Source: an uncultured Clostridia bacterium
GTDB taxonomy: Bacteria > Bacillota > Clostridia > Christensenellales > UBA1242
Assembly: GCA_934772525.1 (NCBI GenBank)
Contig: CAKVMI010000001.1
Coordinates: 118,613-182,612 of the forward strand
DNA length: 64,000 nt
Reading direction: 5' to 3'
Shown one piece after another: positions 53,954 to 62,248 of the stretch (position 1 is its first letter; each line of letters begins with the position of its first letter). The position numbers and the translations under genes are program-made. The notes below the pieces were generated by a model. It did not search any database and was not told the DNA's origin. It worked only from the letters and a program-made list of their open reading frames with translations.

Positions 53954-54012
53954 ATTAGAAAAACACAAAAACATTGAAAATCCTAGTTTAAATTTTAAAA
54001 GGAGGAAAGTTA

Positions 54013-54234
54013 ATGTCGAAAGCAAAAGTGTTAGCTAAAAGAATTAAGGATTATTTAAAAGATAATCACATTAAAGAATCAATCTTTTGTCAGCCACTAG
54101 ATAGTAGCCCAACAACAATTAGCGAAATGCTTAATGGTAAAAGAAAGATTCTCGCAGACGAATATTACATAATCGTCAAAACACTAGGTCTTCCGTTTGA
54201 ATATTTTATGGAAGATAAAAAGAAAGGAGATTAA
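54013..54234 (+). CDS. Cro-like small HTH regulator
   Basis: 73 aa, first gene of the rightward operon, HTH-like ESIFCQPLDSSPTTISEMLNGKRK, AGGAGG RBS. Confidence 0.65.
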   Translation: MSKAKVLAKRIKDYLKDNHIKESIFCQPLDSSPTTISEMLNGKRKILADEYYIIVKTLGLPFEYFMEDKKKGD

Positions 54235-54236
54235 AG

Positions 54237-54410
54237 ATGTCAGAGTTGATTGTAAAAGCAAACAAACCCAAATTAACAGAAGACGAATTAAATTTCTTTG
54301 CTCTTACTCTTGGCGAATGTATAGCAGATTTCTTTAAGAATCCTCAAAATGAGGCTGACTATCAAAAATGGTTAGCCGAACAACTTAAAAAGGAGGGTAA
54401 AGCTAAGTGA
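54237..54410 (+). CDS. Small hypothetical phage protein (57 aa), absent from the ORF track
   Basis: ATG 54237 lies 8 nt after AAGGAGA. It translates to MSELIVKANKPKLTEDELNFFALTLGECIADFFKNPQNEADYQKWLAEQLKKEGKAK. Its TGA overlaps the next GTG start (GTGA). Confidence 0.5.
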   Translation: MSELIVKANKPKLTEDELNFFALTLGECIADFFKNPQNEADYQKWLAEQLKKEGKAK

Positions 54411-54847
54411 AATTGAGAGAGCTATTACAACAAAAAGGTATTAGACAGCAAGAACTAGCAAAGTCTGTTGGATTAGACGAGACTATGATTAGCAAATTTA
54501 TGAATTATAAGTGTTTGCCGATTCCGCCGGACATGAAACTTATCTGTGAATTTCTTAATTGTGCAATTACAGACATCTATCTCGAAAATGAAATTTACAT
54601 GAAAAAACACAAAGAGTCTTCTGTAAGCAAAGAGCCGGAATGGTACAACTTGACCGTAAGGCTACCAAGAAACGCAAAAGATTTACTTAATAAAGCGAGT
54701 CTTAAAAAGTGTGGTTACAAGGATATTACTCAATGGATTACTCACTGCTATAAGCGATTAGAAAAGAGAATAGACAAGATTAACCAAAAAGAAAAAGACC
54801 GCACAGACGCTGGAACATCTGTAACGGCCATAAAAGGTATTAAGTAA
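54407..54847 (+). CDS. XRE-family HTH protein
   Basis: MKLRELLQQKGIRQQELAKSVGLDETMISKFMN is a classic HTH_3. GTG start behind AGGAGGG. Confidence 0.7.
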   Translation: MKLRELLQQKGIRQQELAKSVGLDETMISKFMNYKCLPIPPDMKLICEFLNCAITDIYLENEIYMKKHKESSVSKEPEWYNLTVRLPRNAKDLLNKASLKKCGYKDITQWITHCYKRLEKRIDKINQKEKDRTDAGTSVTAIKGIK

Positions 54848-54908
54848 GCCACTTATACCACCAATAATTATACCAAAAAATAATTGATTATGTCAAGGAG
54901 ATACATAT

Positions 54909-55163
54909 ATGAATACAACAGTTGAAAATATTAACGATTTGAAAGATACAATTCAAATTAACTTAACAGCACTTAAAGAATTCCAAAAACAAGGAGCGTA
55001 CTCTTCTTATGAGTTGTCTCAAAAATGTATTAAGAATTTGGATAGTGCTTTTTCTATGCTTAATTATTATTTGAACTACTTAGTAAAGAAAGAAGAAACA
55101 AAAGCTGCTGAAAAGAAAACAGCCAAAGAAATACTTTTTGGAGGTGCTAACAATGGCAGATAA
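54909..55163 (+). CDS. Hypothetical phage protein
   Basis: 84-aa ORF behind AAGGAGA. No motif recognised. Confidence 0.5.
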   Translation: MNTTVENINDLKDTIQINLTALKEFQKQGAYSSYELSQKCIKNLDSAFSMLNYYLNYLVKKEETKAAEKKTAKEILFGGANNGR

Positions 55164-55815
55164 ATTAAAGAAAATGAGTAAAGCTCATACAAGATATTAC
55201 ACATCAGACGGAACATTAGTGCCGGGAGCAACAACAATAACCGGCTTATTAAATAAGCCAGCATTAGTATCATGGGCTAATAAACTTGGTTTAGAGGGAA
55301 TAGACTCGACAAAGTATGTAGATAAAGCTGCTAAGATTGGTACTTTAATTCATTACTTGGTTGAATGTCATATTACAAAACAAACACCGGATTTAGACGA
55401 TTACACAAAGACAGAAATTGAAATAGCAAATGTAGGATTCAATAAATACTTAGATTGGGAAAAGAAACACAAAATTGAGCCTATATTCAATGAAAAAGGA
55501 TTTGCGTCAGACAAATACAAATATGGTGGAACTTGCGACTTTTATTGTAAATTAGACGGCAAATATACACTAATTGACTTTAAGTCTTGTAAGGGAATTT
55601 ATGACGAACAATTCTGTCAAGTGTCCGGCTATGGAAACTTATTAAGAGAAAACAATCAAAAAGTACAACAGATATTGATTCTTAGAATTGGTAGAGACGA
55701 ATCTGAGGGCTTTGAGGAAAAATACATAACACCAAAACAAGAAAAATTATATTTCGGAGTATTCAAGCATTTAGTATCTGTTTATTACTTGAAGAAAGAA
55801 ATTGGTTGGAGGTAG
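55153..55815 (+). CDS. PD-(D/E)XK-family nuclease (phage exonuclease-like)
   Basis: Start moved to ATG 55153 behind GGAGG. GTLIHYLVE...GGTCDFYCK...LIDFKSCK follows the D...(D/E)xK arrangement. Confidence 0.6.
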   Translation: MADKLKKMSKAHTRYYTSDGTLVPGATTITGLLNKPALVSWANKLGLEGIDSTKYVDKAAKIGTLIHYLVECHITKQTPDLDDYTKTEIEIANVGFNKYLDWEKKHKIEPIFNEKGFASDKYKYGGTCDFYCKLDGKYTLIDFKSCKGIYDEQFCQVSGYGNLLRENNQKVQQILILRIGRDESEGFEEKYITPKQEKLYFGVFKHLVSVYYLKKEIGWR

Positions 55816-55817
55816 AT

Positions 55818-56546
55818 ATGGAAGAAAAGAAAACAACTACTAAGAAAGCCGAAGAGGTTAAATTAAATCTTTATCAGAAAATTAACGAGGTTAAAAAAGT
55901 TGTAAAAACTTTTACCAAAGATAAAGAAACAGAGGGAACTGGCTCATATTCTTACATATCCGGAGCTCAAATTTTATCGGCAATCAAAGAAAAAATGGAA
56001 GAGTTGCAATTATTGCTTTTACCAGTTGCAACAGAACACCAAAACACAGAAACATTCAATTACAAAAATTCGTATGGTAAAGACAAAACAGACTTTATTG
56101 TACAAGGAAAAATAATCTATGAGTGGATAAACGCAGAAAACCCACAAGACAGACAGAAAGTAGATTGGCAATATTACGGCCAACAAAATGATATTTCTAA
56201 GGCGTTTGGCTCGGGATTGACCTACTCAGAAAGATATATTTTATTGAAATCATTAGGCGTGCCAACAGACGACGAAGACCCCGACGCACGAACTGAGGAT
56301 AAGATTCAACAAAAGGGCGAATCAAAGGTTGCAAGTACCAAAAACAGCTCGAAACAAGCTACTAAAACAAAATATACAATCATTAACGATATGATTAAAG
56401 ATTCAGAGATTACAATGGCACAAGTTAACGAGCGAATCAAAAAGAAATATCAGAAAAACATCAGAGTTAACGACTTAAACGAAGAACAATTTAAAGAATT
56501 AACAGACGCACTACAAAAAGCTTTGGGGGAAAATGGAAATGAGTAA
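55818..56546 (+). CDS. Erf-family single-strand annealing protein
   Basis: Start moved to ATG 55818 behind GGAGG. YSYISGAQILSAIKEKM and FGSGLTYSERYILLKSLGV are Erf-like. Confidence 0.7.
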   Translation: MEEKKTTTKKAEEVKLNLYQKINEVKKVVKTFTKDKETEGTGSYSYISGAQILSAIKEKMEELQLLLLPVATEHQNTETFNYKNSYGKDKTDFIVQGKIIYEWINAENPQDRQKVDWQYYGQQNDISKAFGSGLTYSERYILLKSLGVPTDDEDPDARTEDKIQQKGESKVASTKNSSKQATKTKYTIINDMIKDSEITMAQVNERIKKKYQKNIRVNDLNEEQFKELTDALQKALGENGNE

Positions 56547-57090
56547 GTTTATAGCAGACCGAACTTATAAAATGATTGACGAAAATAACAATCTCATTGT
56601 GAGTTATGTTGTGAGTGGTTATGACAAGAGAGGTGCTGCTATGGCTTATGAAGAGTCAAAAGATTTAGGGAAACTCTCTATCGAGGTCAAGAAACATAAA
56701 TCTCAACGCTCACTAGAACAAAATAGATTGTTATGGGCTTTGCTTGGAAAGTTGGCAACAGCTATGAGTGGTAAGAAGAATAAAACGACCAGCGAAGAGG
56801 CTTATTGCTTAGTGCTAGAAGAAAACAACGCTGTCTTTGAATATTTACTAGCAACAGAAAAGACAGAAGAAAATTTAAAGAAAGCATTTAGGGTTATTCG
56901 TAAAATACAAGATACAACATTCAAAGGACGAGCTATGGGAGTATATCAATGTTTCTTAGGCTCTTCAAAGTACAATGTCGAAGAAATGACTCAGCTTATA
57001 GAAACAACATTAGACAAGCTTGCTGAATTTGGAGTCTATGATAGCGAGATTGAATCTGCAAGAAAGGAATACAAATGCCAAAGAGTGTGA
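56539..57090 (+). CDS. NinB/Orf-like recombination mediator
   Basis: RSLEQNRLLWALLGKLA parallels lambda NinB RSLDQNRKLWACLGDVS. The start overlaps the erf stop (ATGAGTAA). Confidence 0.6.
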   Translation: MSKFIADRTYKMIDENNNLIVSYVVSGYDKRGAAMAYEESKDLGKLSIEVKKHKSQRSLEQNRLLWALLGKLATAMSGKKNKTTSEEAYCLVLEENNAVFEYLLATEKTEENLKKAFRVIRKIQDTTFKGRAMGVYQCFLGSSKYNVEEMTQLIETTLDKLAEFGVYDSEIESARKEYKCQRV

Positions 57091-57299
57091 TTCAAGCTGT
57101 AACGAATGATGTATACGAATTCCCTATATTACAATTTGATACTTATAAAGAAATGGCTAAGTATCTTGGACTATCAATAAAACATTGTCATTGTATAGTG
57201 TCAAGAGGAACTATTTACAGAAAATTGAATTGTAAATTTATCAAAATTAGTTTGGTGGAGGAGCTTGAAAATGAAATCGAAGAGAACGAAAGCTTGTGA
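57075..57299 (+). CDS. Hypothetical small phage protein (possible HTH)
   Basis: 74-aa ORF with an AAGGA RBS. EMAKYLGLSIKHCHCIVSRG is HTH-like. Confidence 0.45.
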   Translation: MPKSVIQAVTNDVYEFPILQFDTYKEMAKYLGLSIKHCHCIVSRGTIYRKLNCKFIKISLVEELENEIEENESL

Positions 57300-57570
57300 T
57301 ATTTCTCCCAAAGTCAAGAACGCTGTGTGGGAAAGAGATAATCATTATTGCGTGTTATGTGGAAATCCAGCAGCTATGCCAAACGCACACTTTATACCTC
57401 GCTCGCAAGGTGGCTTAGGTATAGAAGAAAACATTGTAACCTTGTGTAACCATTGTCATAGAGAATATGACGCAACAACAAATAGGTCAGAGATTCGAGA
57501 AGAATTGAGACTATATCTAAAAAGCAAATATCCCAACTGGGACGAAAAAATTTTATATTATAGGAGATAA
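57271..57570 (+). CDS. HNH endonuclease
   Basis: CVLCG...HFIPRSQGGLGIEENIVTLCNHCH. Start moved to ATG 57271 behind GGTGGAGGAG. Confidence 0.8.
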   Translation: MKSKRTKACDISPKVKNAVWERDNHYCVLCGNPAAMPNAHFIPRSQGGLGIEENIVTLCNHCHREYDATTNRSEIREELRLYLKSKYPNWDEKILYYRR

Positions 57571-57574
57571 AATC

Positions 57575-57907
57575 ATGAAAGTTAGAACAGAAACAATCAA
57601 AAAAACTAAAACAAAAAGAATTAAGGTAACAGAGAAAAATAAAGAACAAATGCGCAGAGCCTTTAATATCACAATTACAGATAACAGAACTGGAAAAGTT
57701 ATCATTAAGGAAGATACAAATATTGTGTTAGGCGTTTATAACGCAACAAGTAAAGCAAACAAAGACGAACTGGCTATGGGAGCTATTAGTGTTACTAATT
57801 GCGATAGAATTACTAGATTATGTGCAATTAAAACCCTTGATTCAGTTAAAGAAGAAAATGTTAAACGACTTTTAAAAGATACAATTTTTAGTGCTTTGGA
57901 GGATTAG
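57575..57907 (+). CDS. Hypothetical phage protein
   Basis: 110-aa ORF behind AGGAGA. Confidence 0.5.
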   Translation: MKVRTETIKKTKTKRIKVTEKNKEQMRRAFNITITDNRTGKVIIKEDTNIVLGVYNATSKANKDELAMGAISVTNCDRITRLCAIKTLDSVKEENVKRLLKDTIFSALED

Positions 57908-57909
57908 TA

Positions 57910-58296
57910 ATGAACAAAGTTTTCTTAATTGGTAATTTAACCAAAGATGTGGAATTAACCACAACAAATAATGGATTAAGTGTAGCGAAATTCACAATAG
58001 CTTGTCAAAGAAAATATGAAAATGCTGAGGGCGAGCGAGAGGCTGACTTTATACCAATCGTTGTTTGGAGAGGTCAAGCAGATAATTGTAGTAAATATCT
58101 TAAAAAAGGCTCAAAGTGTTGTGTTGTTGGTAGCATACAAACACGCTCTTATGAAAATGAAGAGGGCGAAAGAAGATATGTTACAGAGGTTGTAGCTAAT
58201 GAGGTTGAATTCCTTAGCACAAAGAAAGACTCAGCCGACGGAGCAAAGGACAAACCGGAACTAACACCAGTAGACGACGATGATTTACCATTCTAG
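57910..58296 (+). CDS. ssb: Single-stranded DNA-binding protein
   Basis: MNKVFLIGNLTKDVEL..., OB-fold, and the acidic tail DDDDLPF. Confidence 0.9.
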   Translation: MNKVFLIGNLTKDVELTTTNNGLSVAKFTIACQRKYENAEGEREADFIPIVVWRGQADNCSKYLKKGSKCCVVGSIQTRSYENEEGERRYVTEVVANEVEFLSTKKDSADGAKDKPELTPVDDDDLPF

Positions 58297-58304
58297 GAGG
58301 AGTT

Positions 58305-59045
58305 ATGGCAGATAGACGCATGTTTAATAAACAAATAACTAGGAGCGACGCTTTTCTTGATATGCCTCGTTCGACAAGACTTTTATATTATGACTTAAAT
58401 CTTGATGCAGACGACGACGGATTTATTGACAAATATAAATCTATTATGCGTCTAACCGGTGCTAGTGAAGACGATTTAAAATTGCTAGTTGCTAAGAGTT
58501 TTGTAATTCCTTGTGAGGACGGACTTATGGTAATTAAGCATTGGAGAATTAACAATCTCATTCGTAGTGATAGATACAAACCTACGGTCTATCAAGAACA
58601 GAAAAAGAGATTAGCAATAAAAGAAAATGGTGCTTATACACTTAGAGAAAATGAAACTCTTGGTATACCAAATGACAACCAAGTGACAACCAAAGGTAGT
58701 CAAGAGGTTAACGCAGTAAAGGATAGTATAGATAAGAATAGTACAGATAAGGTTAGTATAGTAGAGATAGATAGCGAACAAGTCGCTACTCCCACTAAAA
58801 GATTCCAAAAGCCAACGATTGAAGAAATAAAAGCTTATTGTCAAGAGCGTGGAAATAATATTGACGCAGAGCAATTCTTTAATTTTTATGATTCAAAAGG
58901 CTGGAAAGTTGGAAATCAACCTATGAAAAATTGGAAAGCAGCTGTTATTACTTGGGAAAAACGCCAAAACGCCAATCCACAAAATGTGGATAATAAAAGT
59001 GGAAATGTGTTCTTAGATGTAGCAAAAAATAAAGGATTGTTTTAA
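58305..59045 (+). CDS. Phage replisome organiser / DnaD-like replication initiation protein
   Basis: N-terminus RRMFNKQITRSDAFLDMPRSTRLLYYDL (replisome-organiser N-domain). C-terminus IEEIKAYCQERGNNIDAEQFFNFYDSKGWKVGNQPMKNWKAAVITWEKR. Confidence 0.7.
   Translation: MADRRMFNKQITRSDAFLDMPRSTRLLYYDLNLDADDDGFIDKYKSIMRLTGASEDDLKLLVAKSFVIPCEDGLMVIKHWRINNLIRSDRYKPTVYQEQKKRLAIKENGAYTLRENETLGIPNDNQVTTKGSQEVNAVKDSIDKNSTDKVSIVEIDSEQVATPTKRFQKPTIEEIKAYCQERGNNIDAEQFFNFYDSKGWKVGNQPMKNWKAAVITWEKRQNANPQNVDNKSGNVFLDVAKNKGLF
58721..58774 (+). repeat. Iteron-like direct repeats inside the organiser gene (candidate phage ori)
   Basis: GGATAGTATAGATAAG, AATAGTACAGATAAGG and TTAGTATAGTAGAGATAGATAG, clustered in the inter-domain linker. 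Confidence 0.5.
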
Positions 59046-59515
59046 TGACTGAGAATGAAACAACCGCAATACTTGCGATATTGAAAACAGCATATCCACA
59101 ACAACTAAGCAGAATAACATCTGTTGAGGCGGAGGCCATGATAAAACTATGGGCTGTACAATTTCATAATATCCCTAGCGATATTGTAATGCTAGCTGTA
59201 CAAAAAATAATCGGAACATCTGAATTCTTCCCGTCAATACCGGAAATTAAGAAAAAAATTTCAAGCATACATTATGAGGCTTGGAGTTTGATACAACAGC
59301 ACGAACAAGCTTGCGACGAGAAATGGGGAATTGGAACAAAACTATCTGAATCAGCTTACAAAAAAGTTAAGTACATATACGACAACACCTATCACAGAAA
59401 CGACGATACAGAATTAAGTCTTTTAGATTGTATCGGTGGAAAGTGTATAGACGGAGTTATTGAGTGTAGCACACCATTATTAGAATTAGATTTTAAAACG
59501 GAGGACGAGTCATGA
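59045..59515 (+). CDS. Possible helicase-loader/G39P-like replication protein
   Basis: ETTAILAILKTAYPQQ...MIKLWAVQFHNIPSDIVMLAVQKII..SEFFPSIPEIKK resembles the SPP1 G39P N-domain pattern. The start overlaps the previous stop (TAATG). Confidence 0.4.
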   Translation: MTENETTAILAILKTAYPQQLSRITSVEAEAMIKLWAVQFHNIPSDIVMLAVQKIIGTSEFFPSIPEIKKKISSIHYEAWSLIQQHEQACDEKWGIGTKLSESAYKKVKYIYDNTYHRNDDTELSLLDCIGGKCIDGVIECSTPLLELDFKTEDES

Positions 59516-59925
59516 GCTATTTTGCACAACAAGAATATGAGCAAATACTAAAAGACAAAGAAGAGGATTTAATTAACCAACAAATGATGTATGACGAGCT
59601 ATATTCTCAAAAAGAAACATTGGAAGACGATATTGCTAAGATAACAAATCAGTTATCAGAAAACAAAATCAATCCAACAAGAGACGGCGCTTGGAAAGAA
59701 AAAGCAAAACAAGCGTTGGAAATCAAGAAAATCCAAAGGAAGAAAATCAGTCGTCAAATACAAATTATGGCTGAGAAAAAGAAACAAGTTAAGATTTATC
59801 CAAAACTCATTGATAGAGCTATCAGAGATAGGCTTATTAAAGAGATTGGCGAGGAAGAATTCCTCAAATTTATTGAACAAACAAAACAAGAATTAGAAAC
59901 ATTAGGTATAAATAAGGAGAAATAA
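59512..59925 (+). CDS. Hypothetical coiled-coil phage protein
   Basis: 137 aa, Lys/Glu-rich heptad-like sequence, GGAGGA RBS. Confidence 0.5.
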   Translation: MSYFAQQEYEQILKDKEEDLINQQMMYDELYSQKETLEDDIAKITNQLSENKINPTRDGAWKEKAKQALEIKKIQRKKISRQIQIMAEKKKQVKIYPKLIDRAIRDRLIKEIGEEEFLKFIEQTKQELETLGINKEK

Positions 59926-59927
59926 CT

Positions 59928-60293
59928 ATGAGAATTTTTAAAAGTAAAATCGACAAATTATCAAAGAAGAGACAAACTCTTATTGCTAAAAGAGATAACG
60001 CAGAAAGAGCTATGAGAGAAAGAAACTCTAAGAGAGAGGCCAAAGCACAAGCTCTTTTAAATAGAGGAACTGAGGACTGGGAAGAAACGAATAGATTTAA
60101 AGAAAAAATCAATCGTGAGCTTGATAAACTTGCAAGAGATATTGATAGCGAAAAAATCTATGTTGAAGAGGTAGCAAGTACTGAAACAAAAGAATATTTA
60201 GCAGACAAAAAAGAAAGAGAAGAATTCAAAAAGCTTGACAAAGCATTTTTGGATTCTAAACCGGAAGAAACACCAAAAACCATAAAAAAATAA
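59928..60293 (+). CDS. Hypothetical coiled-coil phage protein
   Basis: 121 aa, AAGGAGA RBS. Confidence 0.5.
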   Translation: MRIFKSKIDKLSKKRQTLIAKRDNAERAMRERNSKREAKAQALLNRGTEDWEETNRFKEKINRELDKLARDIDSEKIYVEEVASTETKEYLADKKEREEFKKLDKAFLDSKPEETPKTIKK

Positions 60294-60306
60294 AACGAGG
60301 TAAGGT

Positions 60307-61599
60307 ATGAAAAATTGGATAAAAATATGCTTAACAATACTTGTGGTGGCGGCTATAAGTATTGGTGCGTACTTTATCTTACGAGCTTGTGGTGTAACAG
60401 ATGTAGAATCTCTGAGAGAGTTAATAGCTAGCTGTGGTGCTTGGGGGTGGATAGTGTTTATTACACTATTCACTCTATGCACAAGCTTATTGTGTTTTAT
60501 TCCGGCCAGTTCTATGACATTTATAATTGTGTCTGTGGTGCTGTTTGGAGCAACAAAAGGATTCATTATTAGCTCAATCTCTGTTTTCTTATCGTCTTCA
60601 TTGATGTTTGTTTTAGGAAATACACTTGGAGAAAAAGTAGCCGTTAAGCTAGTAGGAAAAGAGTCGTTAGAGAAAACTCAAAACTTAGTTGATGTAAAAT
60701 CAAAAATGTTATTGCCGCTTATGTTCTTATTCCCGGTATTCCCGGACGACGCATTATGCTTGGTTGCTGGTATGACAAAAATGAGATATTGGTATTTTGC
60801 TCTTATTGTTGGTATTTGCAGAACAATAGGCGTAGCAACAACTTGTTTCTTGGGTAGCGGCCTAATAAATTGGGCTGTGTTAAGATTGGTAGATTGGTTT
60901 GTTTTGATTAGTGTTTGTTTGTTTTGGATTCTGCTTATATTCCAATATCAACACAAAATTGAAAAGTTTATTACAAGAGATAAAAAAACAAAGCAGCAAG
61001 TTACCAGCAAGTTACCAGCAAATAAAGCTCCGCAAGTAATCAATTATACAAAAAGAATGGATAACCTTATCCAAAAGAGAGCTGAGTTTGAGAAATCTAT
61101 TGAGAGATATAACACCATAATCTCTGAGAAGAGATACAAGGGCGAAGACCAGCTACATAATATCAAGGTTAAAATTGCTAAGATTCAGAGCGAAAAGCGA
61201 AAGCTAGAAAAGAATCTACAAAAAGAATATGAGGCACAAGGATTAAAAACCTCATTTGAGAATAATTCAAAAAAAGAGCTTAGAGAAATAGCATGCGAAC
61301 AATTAAATCTAATCATGAAAAACGAATTTCCCAATATTAACTACTCTATCAATCAGAGTGTTTCGACAGAAAGCATATATCTAAGCCTCAAAAAGACTAA
61401 TGGTGTAGAAAAAACTATTAGATTTTCAAATCACAAATCAGCAAAAATGAGTACAAGCTATCCGATTGAAAAGATTATGTCTAAAAAAGAAATTAAAAAG
61501 ATTATAGCTAAGAATATCAGAGTGCTTGATAGAAAATCCGTTTATGTGTTGATTGATAAATTAGAAGAGGAGAAAGCCCATGCAAGCAATAATGATTAG
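60307..61599 (+). CDS. TVP38/TMEM64 (DedA-superfamily) membrane domain fused to a soluble C-terminal part of about 190 aa
   Basis: Residues 1 to about 215 have five or six TM helices with LPLMFLFPVFPDDALCLVAGMTKM (SNARE-associated/DedA-like re-entrant motif). The C-terminal half is coiled coil plus a small domain. Confidence 0.7.
   Translation: MKNWIKICLTILVVAAISIGAYFILRACGVTDVESLRELIASCGAWGWIVFITLFTLCTSLLCFIPASSMTFIIVSVVLFGATKGFIISSISVFLSSSLMFVLGNTLGEKVAVKLVGKESLEKTQNLVDVKSKMLLPLMFLFPVFPDDALCLVAGMTKMRYWYFALIVGICRTIGVATTCFLGSGLINWAVLRLVDWFVLISVCLFWILLIFQYQHKIEKFITRDKKTKQQVTSKLPANKAPQVINYTKRMDNLIQKRAEFEKSIERYNTIISEKRYKGEDQLHNIKVKIAKIQSEKRKLEKNLQKEYEAQGLKTSFENNSKKELREIACEQLNLIMKNEFPNINYSINQSVSTESIYLSLKKTNGVEKTIRFSNHKSAKMSTSYPIEKIMSKKEIKKIIAKNIRVLDRKSVYVLIDKLEEEKAHASNND
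60994..61021 (+). repeat. Perfect 11-nt tandem duplication inside the CDS
   Basis: CAG|CAAGTTACCAG|CAAGTTACCAG|CAA. The full units occupy 60997-61007 and 61008-61018. Confidence 0.9.
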
Positions 61600-62248
61600 T
61601 ATTCAGCCTCAATGGTTTAAGAAAATACTCAATGGCGAAAAGACTATTGAGATTAGAAAAACAATGCCAAAATGTGAATTGCCATGCAAAGTTTATATTT
61701 ATTGCACAAAAGCAAAACCTACTTTGCAATATTTCTATAATTGGGGAAATTATAAGCCTATTAGTGAATGCTCTACTTGGGCTGCTGGTAGCACAATAAA
61801 TGCTGGTGAATATGGTAATGGTAAGATTGTTGCTGAGTTTACACTAAAAACTATTGACGAATACGAGTTTGAACTTTGGGACGACAATACTTATGAAAGT
61901 ATAGGAAAGGTTTACTATGATATTGAAACCGGAGAAAGAGAGGTTGATGTTTTTGAGTCTGACGAAGATATAGAAAAAACAGAGCTTGCCAAAGACAGCA
62001 ATCTAACACGACCACAATTAAGACAATATTTAGGAACTGGGTTTAGAACTTGTTTTGCGTGGCACATAGACGACCTTGTTGTTTATGACAAACCAAAAGA
62101 GCTGAGCGAGTTTTATTCACTAAAAAAATGTGATTCTTGTAAAAAAAGCGGCTATGAGAGTGCTGCTTGCAGATATGACGAGGATTGCAAAATACCTATT
62201 CAAATTACAAGGCCACCTCAATCGTGGTGTTATGTGGAGGAAATATGA
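61580..62248 (+). CDS. ASCH-domain protein
   Basis: ISIQPQWFKKILNGEKTIEIRKT...GKIVAEFTL fits the ASCH/PUA-like signature. Cys-rich tail CDSCKK...CRYDEDC. Confidence 0.65.
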   Translation: MQAIMISIQPQWFKKILNGEKTIEIRKTMPKCELPCKVYIYCTKAKPTLQYFYNWGNYKPISECSTWAAGSTINAGEYGNGKIVAEFTLKTIDEYEFELWDDNTYESIGKVYYDIETGEREVDVFESDEDIEKTELAKDSNLTRPQLRQYLGTGFRTCFAWHIDDLVVYDKPKELSEFYSLKKCDSCKKSGYESAACRYDEDCKIPIQITRPPQSWCYVEEI

